Positions 7,664 to 16,200 of a stretch of 64,000 nt of DNA are shown here, piece after piece; position 1 is the first letter of the stretch, and every line of letters begins with the position of its first letter. The translations under genes were made by a program, and so were the position numbers. The DNA comes from Candidatus Latescibacterota bacterium (GTDB taxonomy: Bacteria; Latescibacterota; UBA2968; UBA8231): positions 1,984,001 to 2,048,000 of the forward strand of contig CBDAOB010000004.1 of NCBI GenBank assembly GCA_965197905.1. The letters are read 5' to 3'. The notes under the pieces were generated by a model. That model had not been told where the DNA came from, made no database searches, and was given only the letters and a program-made list of their open reading frames with translations.

Positions 7664-9124
7664 ATGTTGGCCACGGTTTTGATTGCAACACTCTTGTTCG
7701 TCGGAACTCCTTTGTATGCAGGACTGTTCGACGATTTCGAAGATGTGGGCGAGCTGGGAGATCACGTATTCTCTGGCGGCCCCGGTGTCGATGGAATTCC
7801 CGCCATGAACAACCCTACGTTCGTGAGTCCCGAACAGATCGGCTACGTTCGCGAAGACGATCTGGTGCTGGGCATGTTTGTGGGCGGTGTCGCCAAAGCG
7901 TATCCGGAAAATCTGGGTTGGCGGCACGAGATCATCAACGACATTATCGGTGGACAGCCCATCTCAGTGACCTTCTGCCCCTTGACCGGAACGGGTCTGG
8001 TGTTCGCCGCCGCCGACGAGCAGGGTCAGCAGTTCGAGCTGGGAGTGTCAGGACTGCTCATCAACAGCAACCTGGTCATGTACGATCGCCGCGATTTCCG
8101 CACCCTTTACCCGCAGATGATCTACACGGGAATCACCGGCGACTTCAAGGATCAAAGGCTCGAGCTTTTGCCGGTGGTCGAAACCACCTACCGTTTGTGG
8201 AAGCAGATGTATCCTGAAACCGAGGTCGCCCAATCGGGAACGGGGCTCGAGGCGTACGGGGCTCGGGCGAACAGTTACGCAACGGACCCCGCGATTTACG
8301 AACGCTACCCGTATATATCGTCGCTGGGCGATTACCGGACATCGAACGACTACATCATCTTTCCATGGACTACCTCCGAGCCTGATCTCTCCTTGTTCGA
8401 GGTCAAGGATGTGGTGCTCGGGGTGTGCAGCGGCGACCAGACTATAGCGTATCCGTTTATAACCATGCCCTCACAGGCGGTGATCAATGACGAAATCGCC
8501 GACCTGAAATTCGTCGTCGTCTACGACGCGGCAAACAAAACTGCGTTACCCTTTGACCGAACGGTCAACGGCCAGGTCCTGAGTTTTTTCCAGGTGAAAT
8601 CCGACTCGGAGCTTCCCGTCGAATTCATGGACGTCGAGACTCGAAGCCGGTGGGATATGCGTGGTCGCGCGCTGGAAGGACCTCTCGAGGGCCGCCAGCT
8701 TCAACAGGTACCGGCCTACAACTCTATGTGGTTTGCCTGGAGCACCTACTGGCCGGATACGGCGGTATGGGACGGTGAGGGTACTATCGACGATCCGCCC
8801 GAGATTACCGCGGTCTCGGAGAGTCAAGACCTCACGCCTGTGTATTTCTCATTGGCGCAGAACTACCCGAACCCGTTCAATCCTTTCACCCAGATCGAGT
8901 ACAACCTCGCCGCGACCGGCCACGTTCGCCTGTCGGTATTCAACGCCGCCGGCCAGCGGATCCGCACCTTGGTGGACGGAGTAGAAGGGCCGGGACTCTA
9001 CTTGCGCGGTTGGGATGGCCGTGATGACAACGGGGCGCTCACCGGCAGCGGGGTTTACGTCTATCGGCTAGAGCTCCCGGAAGCGGGGGTCACCGAGTCG
9101 AAGAAGATGATTCTCGCGAGGTAG
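7664..9124 (+). CDS. Full-length Cys-form DUF3179 protein with C-terminal FlgD-Ig/secretion-sorting-like domain
   Basis: Signal peptide; DGIPAM, HEIIND, VTFCPLTG, SGLLINSNLVMYDR, WFAW; tail LAQNYPNPFNP...WDGRDDNG...SGVYVYRL. Confidence 0.85.
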   Translation: MLATVLIATLLFVGTPLYAGLFDDFEDVGELGDHVFSGGPGVDGIPAMNNPTFVSPEQIGYVREDDLVLGMFVGGVAKAYPENLGWRHEIINDIIGGQPISVTFCPLTGTGLVFAAADEQGQQFELGVSGLLINSNLVMYDRRDFRTLYPQMIYTGITGDFKDQRLELLPVVETTYRLWKQMYPETEVAQSGTGLEAYGARANSYATDPAIYERYPYISSLGDYRTSNDYIIFPWTTSEPDLSLFEVKDVVLGVCSGDQTIAYPFITMPSQAVINDEIADLKFVVVYDAANKTALPFDRTVNGQVLSFFQVKSDSELPVEFMDVETRSRWDMRGRALEGPLEGRQLQQVPAYNSMWFAWSTYWPDTAVWDGEGTIDDPPEITAVSESQDLTPVYFSLAQNYPNPFNPFTQIEYNLAATGHVRLSVFNAAGQRIRTLVDGVEGPGLYLRGWDGRDDNGALTGSGVYVYRLELPEAGVTESKKMILAR

Positions 9125-9201
9125 TACTCCCACTGGCCCCGAGTCGGTTTTCACCTTCTCCTGACGTCGGACCCGCAGCCGCCCCCGCGCTGGGTTTCTA
9201 A

Positions 9202-9230
9202 TTGACATGCGGCAGCACACCCAGTACGTT
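9202..9230 (+). promoter_or_regulatory. Putative sigma70 promoter
   Basis: TTGACA-17 nt-TACGTT upstream of 9289. Confidence 0.4.
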
Positions 9231-9288
9231 TCTCGGTCCGATTCTGCATCAATACCTTCACACCTGACTTTCCACGGGAACCGACCGA

Positions 9289-10749
9289 ATGACGGGTTCT
9301 TTTCGACAAGCTGTAGTTGCAGGTTTCGCACTATTTGCGCTTCTCATTTCCGCTGCTGGCGCGCAGTCTACTGAGGAGCTCTTGCGTGAGCTGGAGCAGT
9401 TGAAAAAGGAAGTCGAGCGCCGGCGCGCTTCCCTCAACCGCGAGCTCAGCGTCTTGAAACAAGCTCTTGGCAGCCAGGAATCCGCTTCCCAGATCCCCAG
9501 CGTTGAGGCGGGTATGATGACACGTACCGAGCTTGAGGCGGAGCTGCGAATGATGCGGGAAGAGCTGCAGATTCTGCGTGAGGAGATGGCGAAGAAACGC
9601 CCCGCTGGAACCGCCGGAAGGGTTAAGATCCAGGGGCAGATGAGGACTCGTATTGAATGGATCGACAACGATTTCCAGATCGGTCGAGCCGACCTGGCGC
9701 ATCTGTTGCGCACGCGGGTGAGCGTCATTGGAGCGCCGTACGATGATACGAAGGTCGTGGTGCAAGCGCAGGATTCGCGGCTCTTCGGAGAAGAGAGCAG
9801 CACCTTGGGGGACGGCAGCGGCGATCAAATCGACTTCCACCAGGCATACGTGCAGTTGGACCAGGTCTTTGACCAGCCCATTACCTTGAAGTTTGGGCGT
9901 CAGGAAATCGTTTATGGGGGCCAACGCCTCGTTGGCGCGGTTGGGTGGCACAATGTTGGCCGCAGCTTCGATGCGGCATCTATACGTATCGGTAGCGACG
10001 CCTACGTCGACCTGTTCAACGCGAAACTGGCAGAGCGTGGGACACTCGACAGGAATCTCTATGGTGTGTACGGTCATGCGGAAAGCCCCGCGCGGGTTAT
10101 CTGGGAGCCGTACCTGCTTTTCGAGCACGACAAGAACTCCCTTCCCGACAACATCAAACGCGCCACCGTCGGGTTATACGCCACCGGCTTTTTCACCGGC
10201 ACCTCCGGCCACGGTTTCAGCTACGAGTTGGAAGGAGCCCTGCAAGCCGGAGAACGGGCGGGGCAGGATGTGCTGGCATTTTTGGGCGCCGGTTCGGCCA
10301 GTTACATCTCTCCCAGTTGGCGCAAGCACAAGGTGACCCTGGGCCTCGATTTCCTCTCCGGAGATGACGACCTGAACGATACCGACAACAAGGCCTTTGA
10401 CACGCTGTTCGCCACCAATCACAAATACTATGGCTTGATGGACTTGTTTTTTGCCGAAAAAACCAATCACGCCGGCCAGATGGGACTCATGGACGCCATA
10501 CTGAAGGGCCAAATGAAAGCCTCCGACAAGGTCAAACTCAGCCTGGATGTCCACCACTTTCAGCTGGTGGAAGGCGCCGAGAAGGTGCTCGGACAGGAGA
10601 TCGACACCACCGTCGACTACACCTACAACCAGGCCTACCGTCTCCAGTGGGGCGCCGGAGTATTCGTGCCTGGAGACGCGATGAAAACTAGATCGGGCGG
10701 TGATGAAATCGCTTTCAAGTCGTATTTGCAGACAATAGCTGCGTTTTAA
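9289..10749 (+). CDS. Alginate-export (AlgE-like) family outer-membrane barrel with an N-terminal coiled coil
   Basis: QDSRLFG, HQAYVQL, GRQEIVYGGQRLVG...W...RSFDA, SGDD, FATNHKYYGLMD; terminal Phe. Confidence 0.8.
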   Translation: MTGSFRQAVVAGFALFALLISAAGAQSTEELLRELEQLKKEVERRRASLNRELSVLKQALGSQESASQIPSVEAGMMTRTELEAELRMMREELQILREEMAKKRPAGTAGRVKIQGQMRTRIEWIDNDFQIGRADLAHLLRTRVSVIGAPYDDTKVVVQAQDSRLFGEESSTLGDGSGDQIDFHQAYVQLDQVFDQPITLKFGRQEIVYGGQRLVGAVGWHNVGRSFDAASIRIGSDAYVDLFNAKLAERGTLDRNLYGVYGHAESPARVIWEPYLLFEHDKNSLPDNIKRATVGLYATGFFTGTSGHGFSYELEGALQAGERAGQDVLAFLGAGSASYISPSWRKHKVTLGLDFLSGDDDLNDTDNKAFDTLFATNHKYYGLMDLFFAEKTNHAGQMGLMDAILKGQMKASDKVKLSLDVHHFQLVEGAEKVLGQEIDTTVDYTYNQAYRLQWGAGVFVPGDAMKTRSGGDEIAFKSYLQTIAAF

Positions 10750-10808
10750 TCGCTCCGGAGCGCGGTCGGTCCGACCATTCTCGCTTCGCGCTTACTCAAG
10801 GAATCGCC

Positions 10809-11582
10809 ATGGCATCCCTCAAGATCAATTTCATAGGTCACGCCTCCTTCCGGATCGAATCTGAGAAGGGCACAGTTATCTATTTCGATCCCTGGTTCGA
10901 CGACAACCCGACGTCGAAGGCGAAACTCGCCCAGGTCCGGAAGGCGGACATCGTCGTTGCGACCCACGGTCACCGCGACCACATCGGAGATGCCTACGAG
11001 GTGTGCAAGCGGACCAAAGCGAAGTTCGTGGGGTGTTACGAGTTGTGCCTAGTCGCCGAAAGCCACGGGCTAAAAATGGGGAGCCGCGCGGTGCCGATGA
11101 ACCCGGGTGGCACGGTGCGCATCAAGGACGTTCAGCTCACCATGACTCAGGCTCATCACTCGCTATCACTTTCATCTCACGTTATTCCCGGTTCCGCGCC
11201 GGACGGACAGCTGTTTCACGCCGACGGTGCTGTCTGCGGTTTTGTCCTGGCGTTCGACAACGGGATCACGGTTTATGATACATCCGACACCTGCCTGTTC
11301 AGCGATATGCAGCTGATTAGCCAGATGTACGGGCCGCAAATTGCGATTATGCCAGTGGGTGGCCAATTTACCATGGGCGTTCGTGAAGCGGCCCGCGCCG
11401 CCAGTTATATTCGGCCGGATGTCCTGATTCCATGTCACTACGGTCCAGTGATGGGACAGCACGCCGACATAGGCGAGTTGCGCCGAGAGGTGCGATTCCT
11501 TTCACCCAATGTGCAGATTGCCGAACTAAAGCCGGGTCAAACCCTTTCCTACAGATCCAGCAGTCATTCCGTAGGTCGCTAG
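10809..11582 (+). CDS. Metallo-beta-lactamase-fold metal-dependent hydrolase (UPF0173-like)
   Basis: GHASF, IYFDPW, THGHRDH, SDT, IPCHY. Confidence 0.85.
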   Translation: MASLKINFIGHASFRIESEKGTVIYFDPWFDDNPTSKAKLAQVRKADIVVATHGHRDHIGDAYEVCKRTKAKFVGCYELCLVAESHGLKMGSRAVPMNPGGTVRIKDVQLTMTQAHHSLSLSSHVIPGSAPDGQLFHADGAVCGFVLAFDNGITVYDTSDTCLFSDMQLISQMYGPQIAIMPVGGQFTMGVREAARAASYIRPDVLIPCHYGPVMGQHADIGELRREVRFLSPNVQIAELKPGQTLSYRSSSHSVGR

Positions 11583-11711
11583 ACGGGTTCACGGTGCCAT
11601 CGGGTCTTCGGTTAAGCGGCTGCCAACGGCCGATTGTCTAAATACAAGCATTAGTCCGCTCGAGTCCGCATGTGAGTAATCGGCGACCGCCAACCACATA
11701 AGGGAGAAAAA

Positions 11712-13022
11712 ATGGCGCGTTTCACCTGGCTAAAGCTCGCGGCTCCGTGTGTCGTCCTTCTCGTGTTGACGCAATGTGGTAAGCAGGGTGAATCGGGCAG
11801 GGGAAGTGGCACCGGACAGCGGTCCTGGTCCGGCAGGCCCGGCTCGAGCGGGGGAGCCATTCCCGTGCGGGCGGAGAGCGTTACCAGAGGCAATATTACC
11901 GCTTTCGTGGAAACACATGCGCGCCTAGAGGCCGAAAGATGGGTTGATATTCTTGCCCGTACGACTGGCCTAGTAACGCGGATTGCCGTAGAGGAAGGCG
12001 ATCGCGTAGTGGCCGGACAAGTGCTGGCACGCCTCGACCAGGAAGAGATGAAGCTGCGGGTGCGGCAGGTGGAGGTTGCGTTGGAGCAGTCCCACGCGGC
12101 GTTCGAGCGCACCAAAGTCCTGTTCGATCGCGAGCTGGTCAGTGAGGAGGAGTACGATGCGGCAAAACATCAGGTCCAAGACATTGAAGTAGGACTGGAG
12201 GAGGCGAAATTCAATCTATCCCATACCACGATTCGGGCCCCGATGGCGGGTCTGGTCATGCGCCGCTCCACTGAGGTTGGACGCTTGGTCCGCACCAACG
12301 ACCAGATCTTCTCCATGGCCGACGTGGAACCCCTGCTGGCGCGTATTCACATTCCGGAGAAGCGGATGCGGCAAGTGCGTGTCGGCCAGCGGGCACACTT
12401 GAGTGTAGATAGCTTCCCCGACCGAATTTTTGACGCCTCGGTGCGCATGATCAACCCCGGTGTGGATCCGCAAAGCGGCACCGTCAAGGTCACCCTCGAA
12501 GTTCCGCCCCACGGCGCCAGCCTCAAGCCCGGCATGTTCGCCTCGGTGCGCATCATTACCGAGCAGCACGACGGCGCCTTGATCGTTCCGAAACAGGCGC
12601 TGGTATTGGAGACGGATGAGGACGATCTGTTTATTTTCGCGGACAGCGTTGCCCGGCGGATCTCGGTCAAGCTGGGACTCATTGATGGCAACCGGGTCGA
12701 GGTACTGTCCGGCTTGCAGGCGACTGACCGCGTTATCACGATTGGCCACGAGGGGCTCAAGGACGGCGCCAATGTGCGACTGGCCGGAGCCCCGCCGGCG
12801 TCACCTGAAGCCGACAAGGCGCCCCCAACCGGGGCCGGTGCGGGAGGGGGTGGGTGGAACCCGGGTGGACCGTCGGGAGGCGACGGGCAAGGCCGGCGAT
12901 CGATGCCGGATTCGGCCACCTTCATTCAACGAGCGCAGGGTCGCGGCATGAGCGAAGCAGACGCGATAGCGCGCTGGAAGCGCATGTCTCAGCGATTCGA
13001 GAATCGCAACGCTGACGATTGA
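11712..13022 (+). CDS. RND efflux periplasmic adaptor (membrane fusion lipoprotein)
   Basis: Lipobox LTQC; VEEGDRVVAGQVLARLD, IRAPMAG, LKPGMF. Confidence 0.92.
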   Translation: MARFTWLKLAAPCVVLLVLTQCGKQGESGRGSGTGQRSWSGRPGSSGGAIPVRAESVTRGNITAFVETHARLEAERWVDILARTTGLVTRIAVEEGDRVVAGQVLARLDQEEMKLRVRQVEVALEQSHAAFERTKVLFDRELVSEEEYDAAKHQVQDIEVGLEEAKFNLSHTTIRAPMAGLVMRRSTEVGRLVRTNDQIFSMADVEPLLARIHIPEKRMRQVRVGQRAHLSVDSFPDRIFDASVRMINPGVDPQSGTVKVTLEVPPHGASLKPGMFASVRIITEQHDGALIVPKQALVLETDEDDLFIFADSVARRISVKLGLIDGNRVEVLSGLQATDRVITIGHEGLKDGANVRLAGAPPASPEADKAPPTGAGAGGGGWNPGGPSGGDGQGRRSMPDSATFIQRAQGRGMSEADAIARWKRMSQRFENRNADD

Positions 13023-13025
13023 GTT

Positions 13026-16000
13026 GTGACGCTAGTCGAGTTTTCCACTTCCCGCCGGGTTACGGTGGCCATGTGTATGGTCGCCATCGTTGCCTTTGGC
13101 CTGGTTGGCTTCGATCGACTGGCGGTCAATCTCCTTCCGGACATCACCTATCCCACCATTACCGTACGAACCGAGTTTCCCGGAGTTGCCCCCGCTGAGG
13201 TCGAGCACCTGATCTCGGAACCACTGGAGGAGCTGGTGGGGGTCGTTGGCAACGTCATCCGCGTGAGTTCTATCTCGCGGCCGGGCATATCCGATGTTGT
13301 GGTGGAGTTCGCTTGGGGGACCAACATGGACTTCGCCTCCCTCGACATTCGCGAAAAGCTCGATCTCGCCCAGCTGCCTTTGGAGGCAGAACGGCCGATC
13401 CTCCTGCGTTTCGATCCCTCCCTTGATCCGATCCTTCGAATCATGCTCTACGGCAACGATAACCTGTTGGAGCTGCGCCGTCTCGCCGACGAACGTGCCA
13501 GGCTCGAACTCGAGAGCCTCGAAGGGGTGGCTGCCGTGCGCATAGCGGGGGGAATGGAAGAAGAGATCCAGGTCGAGGTGGAGACCTCGCGGCTGGCCAA
13601 TCTCGGGATCTCCATCGATCAAGTGACCAATCGGCTGGCCGCCGAAAACGTCAACCTGACAGGAGGTTTGCTCAAGGACGGCGAAGCTGAATTTCTGGTG
13701 CGTACCATCAATGAGTTCCAGGATCCAGAGGACATCGCCGCAGTGATCGTAGCCAGAATCGGCTTGGCCCCGATCAGACTCGGGGATGTCGGCAGGGTCT
13801 TCAGAGGCCACAAAGATCGGGATATTATTACCCGGTACGATGGCCGCGAGGGCGTTGAGATCGCCATTTTCAAGGAGGGGGATGCCAACACGGTTGTCGT
13901 GTCCGACGCCGTCAAAGACAAGCTGAGCTTGCTTTCCCAGGAAGGCGGCGGTTTGCTGCAAGGGGCCAAGGTGGAGGTCGTCTTTGATCAAGCGACGTTT
14001 ATCGAACAGGCGGTCGACGAGGTTTTGAACGCCGCTGTCCTAGGTGGCATTCTGGCGATTTTCGTTCTCTATCTTTTCCTGCGGGATTTGAAGAGTACAG
14101 CCATTATCGGCCTTTCCATTCCCATCTCCGTCGTCGCCACCTTCTTCGCCATGTACGCCTCGGGGATAAGCCTCAACATCATGTCCCTCGGCGGCCTCGC
14201 GCTTGGGGTGGGCATGCTGGTGGACAGTTCCATAGTAGTTTTGGAAAGCGTACAGCGCTACAAGTCGCAGGGGGAGTCCCCGTTGCGGGCGGCCAGAGAA
14301 GGCAGTAGCGTGGTCGCCAAAGCCGTCGTGGCGGCGACCCTGACCACGATCTGCGTGTTCGTGCCGATCGTTTTCGTCGAGGGTGTTGCCGGCCAGCTCT
14401 TTGCCGATCAGGCCCTTACGGTCACCTACTCGCTGGTCGCCTCTTTGATCGTTGCGTTGATGCTGATTCCGATGTTGGCCTCTCTGTCTATGAACGGCGC
14501 CGAGGATGAGCCATCGACCGCCGGGATTGCGGTTCGCGCTCCCGCGCATGGTCTGCGACTCTTGATCTGGGTTTTCCGCCGTATCGGTGGCCTGTTGTCC
14601 ACTTTGGTGTGGCCGCTGGTCTGGCTCTTTGAGGGGATCTATGAAGCCCTAGCCAAGCGCTACCCGGCCGTTCTCGCGTGGGCCTTGCGCCACCGGCCGA
14701 CTGTTATCGTGGGGTTCGCGGTGATCGCCGTCACCGTGCTTTCTATGGCTTCGAGGCTGGGAGTCGAGCTCATCCCCGAAATGAGTCAAGGCGAATTCCT
14801 GGTTGACCTTGAGTGGTCCGCAGGCACGTCGTTAGAACAGACGGCGGCGGGTGTGGCCATGATTGAAGCGGAACTCGGAAGGTTGCAGGGTGTGGCCTCG
14901 GTGTTCGGTCGCGTCGGATCCAGCGGCGAATCCGGCGGTGACGCGGGCGAGAAGAAGGAGCATGTCGCCCAGTTGCATGTGCGGCTCGAGGTGGGAACCG
15001 CGCGCGAGGACGAGACGTGGGTGATGAGACAGGCCCGCGACCGCTTACGCAGCGTGCCCGATCTCAATATTCTGTTCTCCCGGCCTTCCTATTTTTCTTT
15101 TCGCACACCCATCGAAGTGGAAATAAACGGCAACGACCTTGAGACCCTGAGGCTCCTGGCGGCGGAAGTGGTGACACGTGTGCAGACGATTCCCGGATTG
15201 ACCGATGTCGAATCCAGCGCTCAAGAAGGGCAGCCAGAGGTGCAGGTAAGGTTCGATCGCCGACGCATCGCCGAACTTGGAACAACCATTCAGGCCGTAG
15301 GCGAGTTGCTTCGCAATCAGCTTCAGGGCGACGTGGCCACCGAGCTGAACCGAAAGGATCGCACGATCGACATCCGCGTGCGCTCCACCCAAGAAGAGCG
15401 GCGCAATCTGGACGACCTGCGGCAGTTGATCGTTAGTCCTGCGTCGTATCCCGTTCCCGTGCCTCTGGAGGCGGTAGCGACCGTGCACCTGGTCGACGGC
15501 CCGGCCGAGATTCGCCGTCTGGACCAGGAGCGAGCCGCCGTGGTGACGGCGAATCTGAGCGGCCGCGATCTGGGTAGCGTAGTGCGGGATATCGAGGTGG
15601 CGACCGGTGACATCGCCATTCCCGAAGGATTCGATATCGGCGTTGCGGGGCAGAACGAGGAGATGGTGCGGTCCTTCGACAGCCTGAAGTTCGCGCTGGC
15701 GTTGGCCGTGTTTCTGGTGTATCTGGTGATGGCATCCCAGTTTGAGTCCTTATTGCACCCCTTGGTTATCATGCTGACCATTCCACTCGGTCTCGTCGGC
15801 AGCGCCCTAGGCCTGATGATCACCGATCAAACCATCAGTGTGGTCGTCTTGATCGGCCTGATCATGCTCGCCGGCATCGTCGTCAACAACGCCATCGTAC
15901 TGGTTGACTACATCAACCACCTCAGACGGGTCGAACACCTGAAAAAATTCGAAGCCGTAGTAGAGGCAGGCCAGGTGCGTTTCCGTCCGATTTTAATGAC

Positions 16001-16169
16001 CACGACGACAACGGTGCTTGGCCTCTTACCGATGGCGGTGGGGCTGGGTGAAGGTGCAGAGATCCGGGCTCCCATGGCGATTGCGGTGATCGGCGGGCTG
16101 CTGGTCTCCACGGTGTTGACTCTGGTGGTCATTCCAGCCGTGTATACGGTGGTGGATCGCAGTCCATAG
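13026..16169 (+). CDS. RND efflux permease (AcrB/AcrD/AcrF family), subunit 1
   Basis: 1047 aa; GMLVDSSIVVLE, GIVVNNAIVLVD, RFRPILMT. Confidence 0.95.
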   Translation: MTLVEFSTSRRVTVAMCMVAIVAFGLVGFDRLAVNLLPDITYPTITVRTEFPGVAPAEVEHLISEPLEELVGVVGNVIRVSSISRPGISDVVVEFAWGTNMDFASLDIREKLDLAQLPLEAERPILLRFDPSLDPILRIMLYGNDNLLELRRLADERARLELESLEGVAAVRIAGGMEEEIQVEVETSRLANLGISIDQVTNRLAAENVNLTGGLLKDGEAEFLVRTINEFQDPEDIAAVIVARIGLAPIRLGDVGRVFRGHKDRDIITRYDGREGVEIAIFKEGDANTVVVSDAVKDKLSLLSQEGGGLLQGAKVEVVFDQATFIEQAVDEVLNAAVLGGILAIFVLYLFLRDLKSTAIIGLSIPISVVATFFAMYASGISLNIMSLGGLALGVGMLVDSSIVVLESVQRYKSQGESPLRAAREGSSVVAKAVVAATLTTICVFVPIVFVEGVAGQLFADQALTVTYSLVASLIVALMLIPMLASLSMNGAEDEPSTAGIAVRAPAHGLRLLIWVFRRIGGLLSTLVWPLVWLFEGIYEALAKRYPAVLAWALRHRPTVIVGFAVIAVTVLSMASRLGVELIPEMSQGEFLVDLEWSAGTSLEQTAAGVAMIEAELGRLQGVASVFGRVGSSGESGGDAGEKKEHVAQLHVRLEVGTAREDETWVMRQARDRLRSVPDLNILFSRPSYFSFRTPIEVEINGNDLETLRLLAAEVVTRVQTIPGLTDVESSAQEGQPEVQVRFDRRRIAELGTTIQAVGELLRNQLQGDVATELNRKDRTIDIRVRSTQEERRNLDDLRQLIVSPASYPVPVPLEAVATVHLVDGPAEIRRLDQERAAVVTANLSGRDLGSVVRDIEVATGDIAIPEGFDIGVAGQNEEMVRSFDSLKFALALAVFLVYLVMASQFESLLHPLVIMLTIPLGLVGSALGLMITDQTISVVVLIGLIMLAGIVVNNAIVLVDYINHLRRVEHLKKFEAVVEAGQVRFRPILMTTTTTVLGLLPMAVGLGEGAEIRAPMAIAVIGGLLVSTVLTLVVIPAVYTVVDRSP

Positions 16170-16200
16170 AGACGGCCAACGGCACAACGAGAATTTTGTT

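Noticed and set aside
13032..13991. Long antisense ORFs inside the RND and other genes
   Set aside because: These are expected in GC-rich coding DNA and carry no motifs.
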